A DNA stretch of 64,000 nucleotides from Alphaproteobacteria bacterium (GTDB lineage: Bacteria; Pseudomonadota; Alphaproteobacteria; SP197), in assembly GCA_964291265.2 (NCBI GenBank), contig OZ219747.1, forward strand, positions 2,848,001-2,912,000, given 5' to 3'. How positions within the stretch are numbered: the stretch's first letter is position 1; the number at the start of each line of letters is the position of its first letter. This document shows, one piece after another, positions 1 to 10,178 of this stretch. A model generated the notes under the pieces. That model was not told the DNA's origin, ran no database searches, and saw only the letters and a list, made by a program, of their open reading frames with translations. The translations under genes were made by a program, and so were the position numbers.

Positions 1-2
1 CC

Positions 3-485
3 CGCGTCGTTCGCCTGCTGCGCGCTTTCGATTGCTGCCTTCTCGTTGCCGATCCCCTGGTTGTCGTGCCCCCCGAAGACCTGGACGACCGGGTGCGCCA
101 GGTGGCCATCGATGAGCTCCTCGAACGGTCGGACCTCGTGACACTGCACGCTCGTGTCACCCCCCGGACCGAGGGATTCATGAACGCGGACGCCTTCGCC
201 CGAATGAAACCGGGCGCCTGGTTCGTCAACACCGCCCGCGGACCGCTGGTGGACTATGATGCTCTCGCACGTGCCCTCGACAGCGGGCACCTCAGGGGGG
301 CCATGCTTGAGACCTTCTCCGTCGAGCCCGTGCCGACGGACTGGCCGCTGCTCTCCCACCCCGACGTGGTTCTGACTCCGCATATCGCGGGAGCCACCAT
401 CAGGACCGTGCGCGATGCGGCAAGGCGGGTAGCGGAGGAAGTGCGGCGCTACATCGATGGCGAACCGCCGCTTAACCCATGCTGA
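3..485 (+). CDS. D-isomer-specific 2-hydroxyacid dehydrogenase, NAD-binding (5'-truncated by window edge)
   Basis: Frame open from base 3; motifs SDLVTLH, FVNTARGPLVD and VVLTPHIAG. Confidence 0.9.
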   Translation, partial: RVVRLLRAFDCCLLVADPLVVVPPEDLDDRVRQVAIDELLERSDLVTLHARVTPRTEGFMNADAFARMKPGAWFVNTARGPLVDYDALARALDSGHLRGAMLETFSVEPVPTDWPLLSHPDVVLTPHIAGATIRTVRDAARRVAEEVRRYIDGEPPLNPC

Positions 486-491
486 AGCGGT

Positions 492-2288
492 TCAGCGGCC
501 CACCGCGTAGCACTGCCGTCGCGGACTGGCGGCGGCGCGCAGGACGCGGCCTCTCTTCGACGCCATCGTCATCGAGTTGTAGTGGCTCCAGCGCGGATAG
601 ATCCTCAGGTCGTGCCCCCTGCGGTCGAGGTCCTCGAGGGTGGACCGGGGGAAATGGTCCTCGACGGCCAGATGGCCCGGCATCCACTCGCGTGGGTAGA
701 ACGAACTCGGCATGTGATCGGTGTAGAAGGATGGCGCATCAAGGGACTCCTGCAGAGTCATGCCGTGATCCACGTGGCGCAGGAAGGCATGGAGAGACCA
801 CTGGTCCTGGTGATCGCCTCCGGGCGTGCCGAAGACGAGACGCGGTTCGCCGTGGTGCAGCGCCAGGGTGGGGGTCAGTGTGGTGCGCGGCCGCTTGCCC
901 GGCTGCAGTCCGTTGGGATGGGCGTCATCGAGCCAGAACATCTGTCCTCTGACCGACACCGGAAAGCCCAGACCGGGTACGGCAGGCGATCCCGTGAGCC
1001 AGCCACCCGAAGGGGTACCCGAAATCATGTTGCCGTGGCGGTCGATGATGTCGAAATGGCAGGTATCGCCGTGGCGCCGGGCGACGAACTCGGCCCAGGT
1101 TCGCCACGGTTTCGATCCGGCGCTGCTCTCCAGGGAGGCTGCCGCATGGGCGATGTTGGTTGAGCCCGGTGCTCTCAACGTGATGGCGCCACCGTAACCG
1201 TCGATCGTCCCGGGCCGCATCTCCATGCTGGCGGTTTCCCCCACGAGATGGCGCCGCTCCGCGCAGTAGGCTTCCGACAGCAACCGCTCGAGCGGCACGT
1301 CGACAAAGCCAGGATCACCGTAGAAGGCTTCACGGTCGGCAAGGGCAAGCTTGGCGCATTCCTGGATCACGTGGACGAACTCCGGTCCTGACGTATCCAT
1401 GGACGCCACGTCGAAACCCCTGAGGAGGGCGAGCTGCTGGAGCAGGACGGGCCCCTGGGACCAGGGTCCGGCCTTGCAGACGGTGTAGTCGCCGTAATCC
1501 AGCGCCACCGGCTCCTCGACGGTGGCGCGCCAGCGCGCCAGGTCATCGCCGGTGAGAAATCCCGCATGGGCTTCGCCACTGGTATCCATGACGGGTTCAC
1601 GCATGAAGCGGTCGATCGCCTCGGCAACAAACCCCTCGTACCACGCCCTGCGGGCCGACTCGACCTGGGCTTCACGGTCACCGCCTGCGCCTTCGGCCTC
1701 CTCGATGATCCTCTCCCATGTTCTGGCCTGCATGGGCAGCCGATGGAGATCTCCGGCCTCAAGGGTGCCGTGGCAGTAGGCTTCAGCCGATGTCGGCCAG
1801 AAATCCTCCATGAAGGGGCGTGCCTGCTGGAGAATACAAGCGACCGTCGGTGTGAGCAGGAAGCCGTCGCGGGCGATGGCGATGGCAGGTTCGAGAACCT
1901 CGCGGACCGTGAGGCACCCGTAGTCGCGCAACAGCAGCATCCAGGCTCCGAAACTGCCCGGCACGACGACGGGCAGATGTCCGGTCCCCGGCATGATGTC
2001 GAGTCCCATGTTCCGCAGGGTTTCGCCGGAGATCGTCGACGGTGCAACCCCCTGACCACAGATGACCTCGACCCTGCCCCTCTTCTCGCTCCACAGGATG
2101 AGGGGGACGTCGCCGCCCGGACCATTCTGGTCAGGTTCGACCACGTGCAGGACGCAACCGGCCGCTATCGCCGCATCGAAGGCATTGCCGCCTCTTTCCA
2201 GCATGGCCATGCCGGCGGCACTGGCCTGCCAGTGGGTGGTGGTCACCATGCCGAAGGTTCCGACAAGTTCGGGGCGTGACTGGATCAT
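492..2288 (-). CDS. ggt: Gamma-glutamyltransferase family protein
   Basis: GGNAFDAAIAA, EPDQNGPGGD, nucleophile region GDTCHFDIID, PGKRPRTTLTP, GTPGGD; ATG at 2288 preceded by AGGAG. Confidence 0.92.
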   Translation of the reverse strand: MIQSRPELVGTFGMVTTTHWQASAAGMAMLERGGNAFDAAIAAGCVLHVVEPDQNGPGGDVPLILWSEKRGRVEVICGQGVAPSTISGETLRNMGLDIMPGTGHLPVVVPGSFGAWMLLLRDYGCLTVREVLEPAIAIARDGFLLTPTVACILQQARPFMEDFWPTSAEAYCHGTLEAGDLHRLPMQARTWERIIEEAEGAGGDREAQVESARRAWYEGFVAEAIDRFMREPVMDTSGEAHAGFLTGDDLARWRATVEEPVALDYGDYTVCKAGPWSQGPVLLQQLALLRGFDVASMDTSGPEFVHVIQECAKLALADREAFYGDPGFVDVPLERLLSEAYCAERRHLVGETASMEMRPGTIDGYGGAITLRAPGSTNIAHAAASLESSAGSKPWRTWAEFVARRHGDTCHFDIIDRHGNMISGTPSGGWLTGSPAVPGLGFPVSVRGQMFWLDDAHPNGLQPGKRPRTTLTPTLALHHGEPRLVFGTPGGDHQDQWSLHAFLRHVDHGMTLQESLDAPSFYTDHMPSSFYPREWMPGHLAVEDHFPRSTLEDLDRRGHDLRIYPRWSHYNSMTMASKRGRVLRAAASPRRQCYAVGR

Positions 2289-2385
2289 GGCTTGACTCCT
2301 TCGCCAGCCGTGGCTCAACCGACAGGGTAGAGGACGCACTTGAAGCGTGCCAGTCAGGAGGAGGGCACGGCGCCCGTCAATCCGG

Positions 2386-3348
2386 CTATCCCTGTTCCAG
2401 CCACTCCTCCGGGCGTCCTCCGGCGCGCTCGATGTCGAGATCCATGACATCGTCGGGCGGGCCCTCCGCCCGGCCATTGGGACGCGCGGCTTCGATCTGC
2501 CTGCCGAACCCTGCGTCCGTCACGACGGTTGGTGGAGGTTCACCCCAGAATTCACGCCACGGCTGCAGCATCTCGCCGCCGTCAACAGCGGGCCGTGCGC
2601 CCCGGCGTGGTAGGGGCTCTCCGTCGACGAAGATGGTCGTGTCGGCGCGCTCGCTCCAGAATGCGAGGTGTCCGGCGATCGCCGCCACCGCGGGCATGGG
2701 GCGAACATACTGCCAGGCCGCATCCCTGTAGCGTGTGCCGTCGATCAGGAGATGGTGATAGCGCGCGCGCCCCTTGTAGGGGCAGAGCGTGTAGGTGGTG
2801 CTCGGTTCGAACAGTCCGGGTTGCACGTCTTCTTCGGGGATGTAGTAGCGGGTTATCAGGCCCGTCTCGAACAGCAGAACCGGTCGGTCGGACTCTGCAA
2901 CGGTGTGCCCGGCGGCCTCGACCCTGACGGATCGTGCACTGCGCAGGGCGTCCGCTCTCAGGAACGGGTCGCGCGCGTGCACATGAATGCGTTCATTCTC
3001 CTCCCACCAGGCGTCCATGCTGTGCCAGTCGAAACCGTAGTGACCGCTGGTATCAGGTGATCCTTTCCTGGGCTGCAGATATCGCCACACGGCGAAGCGT
3101 GCGACGCGTGATCCGGTGTCGAGATGCCAGTAACGTGCGGTGCCCTTGTAGGGTGATGTCGTCGTGTAGTCGGTGGCGACGAGGAGGTCCGTGCGCACGT
3201 CGTCTTCGGGAAAGTAGTAGACCGGCAGAAAGCCGTGCTGACGGAGCAGCATGGTGCACTCGGAGTCCGCGACCCTGATGCCGTCGAAGTGCACGCGCAC
3301 TCGCCGCGGACTTCGCCTCCATTCGTTCGTTCCGGTCCCTGCCTGCAC
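2386..3348 (-). CDS. Tandem DUF427 domain protein
   Basis: Two repeats of YYxPxxDV...T.(S/C)PYKG.A.Y...A.W.Y; linker HARDPF. Confidence 0.85.
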   Translation of the reverse strand: MQAGTGTNEWRRSPRRVRVHFDGIRVADSECTMLLRQHGFLPVYYFPEDDVRTDLLVATDYTTTSPYKGTARYWHLDTGSRVARFAVWRYLQPRKGSPDTSGHYGFDWHSMDAWWEENERIHVHARDPFLRADALRSARSVRVEAAGHTVAESDRPVLLFETGLITRYYIPEEDVQPGLFEPSTTYTLCPYKGRARYHHLLIDGTRYRDAAWQYVRPMPAVAAIAGHLAFWSERADTTIFVDGEPLPRRGARPAVDGGEMLQPWREFWGEPPPTVVTDAGFGRQIEAARPNGRAEGPPDDVMDLDIERAGGRPEEWLEQG

Positions 3349-3577
3349 GGCTTCCCGTTCCTTGTCGCTTGACGCCGATCGAACCTACCTCACGCACAGG
3401 TTGTCCGGCCAGATGGCCACCGGCATGTTCGTCGCATGCCGGTGGCACTGCTGATCCACGAAGGCAGCGGAACGCCGCCGACAACAGGTTGTGGATTGTG
3501 TGTCGTGCGGTCAGGTTGTTGGATCGGCAAGCGGTGCGGCCGAGACCGGCGGCCCTGCCGTTTGTCTTCCGGCGGTC

Positions 3578-5089
3578 TCAGGTCCTGGTGTAGATGGCCT
3601 GCATGTCACTGTCTCCACGCAGGTACTCGCGCGAGGCATCTCGCACCGGCTGCCAGTCCCAGGGCGTGCGGCGGCCAACCGACAGGGCAGCGTTCAGGAA
3701 CTTCCTGCGTTGCTGACTCTCGATCACGCGATCCTTCAGGGCTGCAGGATCCCACCAGCGGCAGATCTCTCTGGCAAGACCGGTCTCGATGGCGCTGACC
3801 TCCGGTGTCCCGGCGAGGTTGACGAGTTCGTCGAGATCGTGCTCGACGTCGAAGAGGAGGGGCGGATCATCCTCGCAGTGGATGTACTTCCAGCGCTCGC
3901 GGCGAATCATCAGCACCGGTGACGAGGCGCCCTCGCCGCAATACTCGCTGACGACGACATCGGGCCAGCCGTCACCGTCACCGGCGGCCAGTCCGGCGAT
4001 GCTGGCGCCGTCAACCGGCGCGAACAGTTCCGGCAGTCTGCCGTCGCCGGCCCATTCCAGGAAGGTCGGGAAGAGATCCAGCAGGGACACGTTCTCCCTG
4101 ACCCGGCGTGCATGATAGAGCGTCGGTGCATGCACGATCAGCGGTACGCGCACCGACCACTCGAAGAAGCTCATCTTGAACCACAGGCCGCGCTCGCCAA
4201 GCATGTCTCCGTGATCCGCCGTCACGACGATGATCGTGTTGTCGCGTACGCCGATGGCCTCCAGGGTTTCCAGGATCCGCCCGATGCGGTCATCGATCCA
4301 GCTCATCACCGCATAGTAGGCGCGTCGCGCCCGGCGGACGTCCGCAGGACCGATTGTCGCCATGTGGCGACCGGTCGTGGAGTACAACCTGCGGCTGTAA
4401 GGATCACGCTCCTCGAGAGGCATGTCGCCGACCCTGGGGTCGTCGATCTCGTCGTCCGCGTAGAGATCCCAGTGAGCCGGTGGCGCCAGGTAGGGGTCAT
4501 GCGGGCTGATGAAGCTGGCCGCCAGAAAGAAGGGCCGGCCGTCGGCCCGGTCGGCGTGATCGTGCAGCCAGCGGCAGGCCTCGACGGCTGCCTCCTCATC
4601 GTAGCTCGTGTTGACGCTGCGCCGCCCGGGTCCCGCATCGAGCACGGCTCGCATCGAGTGGAACCACGGTTCCCAGAAGGTCGGCCCCAGCGACCAGTCG
4701 CTGGTCCAGGAGAGGTCGGCGGGATAGACATCGGTCGTCACCCGGTCTTCGAAGCCGTGAAGCTGGTCCGCACCGATGAAGTGCATCTTGCCGGACAGGC
4801 ACGTGTGATGCCCCATTGTGCGAAGATGGTGTGCGAAAGTCGGAATTTCGGAGGGAAACTCCGTCGCGTTGTCAAATGCTCCGATGCGGCTTGGCATGCG
4901 GCCCGACATGAGGCTGAAACGCGCCAGCGCACAGATCGGTTAGTTGCAGTAAGCGTTTTCGAACACAACGCCTTCGCCGGCCAGCCGCTCCAGGTTGGGC
5001 GTCCGGCACACCGTGCCGCCGTAGGGTTTCAGCACCTGGGGAGCGAGCTGGTCCATGATGAGAAGGAGAATGTTGGGCGGCGTTGTCAT
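3578..5089 (-). pseudogene. betC: Choline-sulfatase paralogue with in-frame TAA at codon 50 (4942-4940) and CxPxR mutated to CALAR
   Basis: Reads MTTPPNILLLIMDQLAP...FENAYCN*PICALARFSLMSGRMPSRIG in one frame; downstream GKMHF and SFISPHDPY; colinear with the intact copy at 30357-31907. Confidence 0.88.
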
Positions 5090-5148
5090 GGTTTCTCCGG
5101 GTTCGTCGGTCTGGCCTCGAATCGGACTGATGGACTAGACTGTCCCCG

Positions 5149-6456
5149 GTGGCGGAGGAATTCGAGATGGAGTTGCCGGAGAGCCTGTGGGTCGACAGTG
5201 CCGCGCCTGCCATCGACACGCCACCACTTGCCGGAGAGGCCGGTGCGGATGTCGCCATCGTCGGGGGCGGCTACACCGGACTGTCGGCGGCGCTCCATCT
5301 GGCCGAAGCCGGCAAGGATGTGATCGTGCTGGAAGCCGGGGAGCCTGGCTGGGGCGCCTCGGGGCGAAACGGAGGCCAGGTCAACCCGGGCTGGCGCATG
5401 TTGCCCTCGGAGGTTGCGACCAAGTATGGCGGCGACAGGGTGCCGGCCGTGCTGGCCATGCTCGACCGGGCGACGGATCTCGTGTTCGACCTGATTGGCC
5501 GCCACGGCATCGACTGCGATCACGAGCGCCCGGGACTCGTGAGTGCCGGGCTCGGTCGCCATGGCAAGGCCTTCCTCGAGGCGTGGTCCCGAGAGTGGGG
5601 TGAACAGGGTATCAGGGTCGAACGCCTGGGACGCGCGGCCCTGAAGGAGCTCATCGGTACGGACTACTACCATGTCGGCATGCACGACCCTCGAGGCGGC
5701 CATGTGCAGCCTCTGTCCTTCGCCCGTGGTCTGGCGCGCGCTGCCATCGCCAAAGGCGCCATCGTACATGGCCGGACCCGCGTCCACGGTGTTCATGCCC
5801 ATGGCGCCGGCTGGCGGCTCGCGGCCGCCGAAGGCGAGGTCGAGGCCGAACATCTGCTGCTTTGCACGAACGGTTACACGGACCTGCTGTGGCCGGGGCT
5901 CAAGCGCTCCGTGGTACCCGTCACCAGTTTTATCGCTGCGACAGAGCCCCTGGATGAAACCCGCCGCGCAACCATCCTGCCCGGTCGTCATGCGGTGGCG
6001 GAGACCCGTCGGGCGCTGCACTACTTCCGGCTCGACCGCGACAACCGACTTGTCATGGGGGGGCGCGGCAATCTTACGAACGGCGCGGAGCCGGGATCCG
6101 TCGCACATCTCCACAAGATGGCCACAGCGATCTTCCCGGCACTCGAAGGCGTTGCCTGGAGCCACCGTTGGGGTGGCCGGGTGGCCGTGACGCCGGACCA
6201 CACTCCGCGCCTCTTCCGGCTTGCCCGGAATGTTCACGCCGGTCTGGGTTTCAACGGCCGAGGCGTTGCCATGGGTTCGATGTTCGGCACCCAGCTGACA
6301 CGCCTCGTTCTCGGCGAGGAAACCGACATGCCGGTGGAACCTCTGGACCTCGTCCCCCATCATGGGCTGCGCCAGTTCGGTCTCACCTGGCACCTCGTCT
6401 CCGGCGTGATCCGCGACCGTCTCGACTTGCGGGAGGATCCGCCAGCCTGGAACTGA
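5149..6456 (+). CDS. FAD-dependent oxidoreductase, DadA/PuuB (gamma-glutamylputrescine oxidase-like) family
   Basis: AIVGGGYTGLSAALHLA, GWGASGRNGGQ, GFNGRGVAMG. Confidence 0.88.
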   Translation: MAEEFEMELPESLWVDSAAPAIDTPPLAGEAGADVAIVGGGYTGLSAALHLAEAGKDVIVLEAGEPGWGASGRNGGQVNPGWRMLPSEVATKYGGDRVPAVLAMLDRATDLVFDLIGRHGIDCDHERPGLVSAGLGRHGKAFLEAWSREWGEQGIRVERLGRAALKELIGTDYYHVGMHDPRGGHVQPLSFARGLARAAIAKGAIVHGRTRVHGVHAHGAGWRLAAAEGEVEAEHLLLCTNGYTDLLWPGLKRSVVPVTSFIAATEPLDETRRATILPGRHAVAETRRALHYFRLDRDNRLVMGGRGNLTNGAEPGSVAHLHKMATAIFPALEGVAWSHRWGGRVAVTPDHTPRLFRLARNVHAGLGFNGRGVAMGSMFGTQLTRLVLGEETDMPVEPLDLVPHHGLRQFGLTWHLVSGVIRDRLDLREDPPAWN

Positions 6457-6521
6457 TCCTCGTCAATCGCCAAGCGCTTCACTGGCGCACGGATGTTCCG
6501 ACGACGAAGCTTGAGAACTGC

Positions 6522-6880
6522 TCAGTCAGGACCGTCAAGGCGCGCGTTGGCCTCGGCCAGGGTCGCTGCGGTCGATCGCGAACACTCCTCGTACTCCGGC
6601 ACAGGCTGGGCACCGAGGATGGCGACCTGTTCGAGGTAGCAGCGGTGGTTGTTCTCAGTCCCTGCAACTCTCAGACACGATGGAGAGACATCTTGTGCAT
6701 GCGCGGCATGCGGACCACCAGGAGGGCCTTTCCGCGGGTCGCCTCCTTCAGGTCTGCAAGAGGCACGACATCGGTCACCAGTCCCATGTTCCGGGCCTCC
6801 TGCGCCGTCACTTCGCGGCCCGTCAACAAGCAGGTCCTTGGCGGTCTTCATGTTGACGAGCCACGGCAGAATCATGCAGT
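6522..6880 (-). pseudogene. Enoyl-CoA hydratase/crotonase C-terminal relic (frameshifts, stop)
   Basis: MILPWLVNMKTAKDL, shift to LLTGREVTAQEARNMGLVTDVVPLADLKEAT...HRV*ELQG, then shift to YLEQVAILGAQPVPEY. Confidence 0.7.
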
Positions 6881-6884
6881 GATG

Positions 6885-7330
6885 TTGATGGCGAGAGAAA
6901 GTGGTCGGGATCCTCCCTGCGCATGTCATCGGCAAGCCGGTAGCCATCGACGAAGATTCCCTCGCCCCCTGAGGTGGTGTTTTCACGGGCGAAGATAAGT
7001 TGCCGGCCGTGGGGAGACTCGCGAGTCAGCGGATCGATGCGCTGCAGGAACGTGTCGCAGGTGCAGGCCTGGCTGCTGGCGTTGTCCTTGATGGCGAGGA
7101 CGTAGTGGCGGCCGAAGTTGTTCTCGCGGACCGGACCGATCCGCGTTGCGACCTCTTCCAGCAGGCCGTCGCGCCGTGGCAGGCAGCGCAGCCGAACCAC
7201 GCCATGGTCGCGCAGGGTTTCGAGCCATTTCAGGAACACGACCGGATCGTCCACGGCCTCGGTGCCGTTGAAGGTAGGCGGTGCCGTCAGGTCCTTGCCG
7301 CACCACAGGCACGGCGCCGCCGGTTCCTCG
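6885..7330 (-). pseudogene. TauD/TfdA family (gamma-butyrobetaine dioxygenase-like) internal fragment
   Basis: WLETLRDHGVVRL...IGPVRENNFG...SGGEGIFVDGYRLADDMRREDP; the iron-binding HxD is degenerate (RID) and both termini are missing. Confidence 0.72.
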
Positions 7331-7359
7331 TCGCCGAACCAGGAGGAGGTGCGGCTGTC

Positions 7360-9300
7360 TCAGGGCAGGTTGAGGTCAGCCAGGTCCGGTACCGGGCCAT
7401 CCCATCGGGGATTCTCCGACCAGGTCTTCCAGGAAGCACTGATCACGCGGTCGCGATCGCGCTGGTCGTCGAGCACGAAGCTGATCCAGAATTCCATCAT
7501 CTCCTCGTCCGAGCCCCATCCCCACGTCACGGTCTTCGGCGGCAGAGACTGGTTGTAGGGGTTGGAAGACGTGTTGTCGAACCGCAACCAGCCGTCGATC
7601 GTGCTGCCGGCGGGCAAGTGGACCGGCTCGCGGAAGAAGTAGATGTTCTGCCACCTGAGATCCCACTCCTCGACGTGGATCAGCGGTATCTGCGTGCCGT
7701 CCGGGAGGGTCGCGACCGCCTTGGCCTCCGCGCCCAGGTAGTGCATGTGCGGCATGATGTCGACAAGGGCCAACGGCGCTGGAACCTCCATCCGGACATG
7801 GCGCCAGTAGGTGTGCGATTCTGGAGGAATCGCGAGCTGCTGGGTGCCGATCACGAGGCCGTCAACCCAGTGGGAGACGGGTTCGTCGGTGAACGTGATG
7901 CCGATCCGGCTGCGATCCTGCGTGGCCTTGCCGTTGAGGTGATAGTGGATCTCGAACACGACGTCGCCGGCGCCGGCCGGCAGCCACATGGCATGCCGGT
8001 CGGGCAGGACATAGGGGTCGACCCCGGGCGTCCAGCCCCCGATGCCCCAGGTTTCCTGCTCGCCGCTGTAATCGAAGAAGCTCCCTGTCCCGAAGACGGA
8101 AAAACCGGGCTCTTCGTCCCTGGCGTCCGCGCGCCGCGCGGCGTCAGAGTAGTCGACAAAGAGATTGGCATGGTGAACGACACTCTCGTCGCCAGGCTGG
8201 AATTCGATGGCGCTGATGGCGCGTTCCTCGAGGAGTTCGAACGGGACGACGAAGTAGCGGTATATGTCGGGGCCGGTCGCGGGAATGACAAAGGGCTCTT
8301 CCATGGTGAGAATCAGGTCCGGTTCGCCGGCGCGCCACTCGGGGTCCGGCCACACCGTTTCCGGCAGCGCCTCGATGCCCTCGCCCAGAGGCGCGCCGGC
8401 TTCGGCCCATGCTGCGAAGAGGGCGACCTGGCGGTCGGACAGGTGCCGATCGTCCCGAAAGGCGCCGAATCCCTCGGCGGCACGCCAGGGCGGCATGATT
8501 TGTTCGCGGGTCACGAAGGCCAGCATGCGGGCCCGGCGCCTGGCATCGACAAAGGTATCAAGCGGGAAAGGAGCGATGCTGCCGTCCCTGTGGCACTCCG
8601 TGCAGTTGGCTGCGAGCAGGGGAGCGATGTCCCGGTTGTAGGTCACGGATTCCGGCAGGCGGTCCGCGTCCCATCCCTCGAACACGCATCCGACGGGCAT
8701 CGTGGAGCGGGGCAGCAGATCGTCATCCGCCCCCACCATCGCGATGGCATCCTTGAGGTCATGGCTCGTGATCCGGTTGCGCAGCACGCCGATCGCTGCA
8801 AAGCGATCGTCGATGCGGCCACGGTAGATGACATCGTCACCGGTATCGATGACAAAGGCCTCCGGCGTGACGATGGGGTCGAGGCGCAAGGCGAGATCAC
8901 CGGAGGGATCGAAGATGACGGGAAAGTCGAACCCGTGATCAGCCGCGAAGTTCCTCGCTTCGCCCACCGTCAGATAGGGGCCCGACATGATGCCGTAGAA
9001 GGAGGCGTCATGCGCATCGGCGAACCTGGCAAGGTCATTGAGCTCGGGAGCGTAGCGGCTGGACACCGGACAGAAGGCATTGATGAACAGGAGGACCGCC
9101 GGCCGGACACCGGCGTCGGTCCCGATGCGGTGAACGTTGCCGTCGAGGTCGACCACGCGGGTGCCGTAGACATGGGCCACCTGGCTGCTCCCTTCATCGT
9201 GGCTGCCGTTGGCGGTATCAGCCGCTGCCATGGTGCAGGGGCAGATCAGGATGGCGAGGGCGAGGACGTGAGCCAGCACGGCGGTCTGGAGGAAGCGCAT
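7360..9300 (-). CDS. Exported redoxin + c-type heme + copper type II (DBH/PHM-like) monooxygenase fusion
   Basis: Signal peptide; redoxin FINAFCPVS...TPEAFV...YRGRIDD...VGC; CTECH; VVHHA, EIHYH, PHMH, EEMM. Confidence 0.8.
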   Translation of the reverse strand: MRFLQTAVLAHVLALAILICPCTMAAADTANGSHDEGSSQVAHVYGTRVVDLDGNVHRIGTDAGVRPAVLLFINAFCPVSSRYAPELNDLARFADAHDASFYGIMSGPYLTVGEARNFAADHGFDFPVIFDPSGDLALRLDPIVTPEAFVIDTGDDVIYRGRIDDRFAAIGVLRNRITSHDLKDAIAMVGADDDLLPRSTMPVGCVFEGWDADRLPESVTYNRDIAPLLAANCTECHRDGSIAPFPLDTFVDARRRARMLAFVTREQIMPPWRAAEGFGAFRDDRHLSDRQVALFAAWAEAGAPLGEGIEALPETVWPDPEWRAGEPDLILTMEEPFVIPATGPDIYRYFVVPFELLEERAISAIEFQPGDESVVHHANLFVDYSDAARRADARDEEPGFSVFGTGSFFDYSGEQETWGIGGWTPGVDPYVLPDRHAMWLPAGAGDVVFEIHYHLNGKATQDRSRIGITFTDEPVSHWVDGLVIGTQQLAIPPESHTYWRHVRMEVPAPLALVDIMPHMHYLGAEAKAVATLPDGTQIPLIHVEEWDLRWQNIYFFREPVHLPAGSTIDGWLRFDNTSSNPYNQSLPPKTVTWGWGSDEEMMEFWISFVLDDQRDRDRVISASWKTWSENPRWDGPVPDLADLNLP

Positions 9301-9354
9301 GGAATTGGCCCTCTCTCGGATGTTCTCGGATGACAATCCTGATGGATCCGTATA

Positions 9355-9374
9355 GATTGTCAAGCCTGACAATC
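9355..9374. promoter_or_regulatory. Palindromic candidate TetR operator GATTGTCA-AGCC-TGACAATC, with an extra half-site TGACAATC at 9331-9338
   Basis: Perfect 8-bp inverted repeat in the divergent intergenic region between the monooxygenase and tetR. Confidence 0.7.
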
Positions 9375-9416
9375 AATCTCCCCCAAACATGACACAGGCA
9401 ATGCGGGGTGACACCC

Positions 9417-10004
9417 ATGGCGCGTCCTGACCTCAGTATCGAACGATCGGAACAGATCCTCGATGCATACGCGCGGTGCGTGGCACGCTCGGGGCTGGAT
9501 GCCGCTTCACTGGAGGAGGTGGCCGGTGAGGCGGGTGTCAGGCGCTCGATCATCCGTCACTACATCGGCAACCGAGACGACCTGGTTGCGGCGTTCCTCG
9601 ATCGTCTGGAAGTCCGTCTCGAACGGCAGAACGACGACATGCGCGCCTGGTTCGTCGCCAACCCGGGCGCCGGGAGTCTGCCGCACTATCTGTTCCGGGC
9701 GGCGCCGGATGACGAACTGCCGGTTCTCGAATCGGTCTACTCCGCGGCCCGCTGCAATCCGGCGATTGCCGCCCGCCTCGAGACATGGCTCCAGGGCTTC
9801 GTCGATGCCCTCGAGGATGTGCTGCGCGCCTCGTTTCCCGATGCGGATCAGGATGCCATCACGACCGTTGCCTACGGTCTTGCCGCCATCTACAACGATC
9901 ACCAGTCGATGCTGAACCTGGGAGCGCCGCCGCGCCACCAGGCCATGGCGCTTGAAGCCGCCAAGGCGCTGATCGCTTTTCTGACACTGCGCGCGAGTCC
10001 ATGA
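9417..10004 (+). CDS. TetR/AcrR family transcriptional regulator
   Basis: N-terminal HTH RSEQILDAY...ASLEEVAGEAGVRRSIIRHY. Confidence 0.9.
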   Translation: MARPDLSIERSEQILDAYARCVARSGLDAASLEEVAGEAGVRRSIIRHYIGNRDDLVAAFLDRLEVRLERQNDDMRAWFVANPGAGSLPHYLFRAAPDDELPVLESVYSAARCNPAIAARLETWLQGFVDALEDVLRASFPDADQDAITTVAYGLAAIYNDHQSMLNLGAPPRHQAMALEAAKALIAFLTLRASP

Positions 10005-10178
10005 CACCGGCCGCCGGCATGAAGGAAGGGGCATGTCCCATGCCGAGGACCACGACTGCACCGACACGGTGCCTGGTGCATGCAAGGCCGCCCGTCGATC
10101 GGACTGCCGACTCCATGTGGCCGAGGTGGGGGAGAGCCGTACCGGTCATTGCGTCGGCCGAACCGATGGAGGGAGCCG

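Noticed and set aside
7000-9333. 777-aa + strand ORF (likewise 20355-22772 - and 43784-45634 -)
   Set aside because: Antisense to well-supported genes
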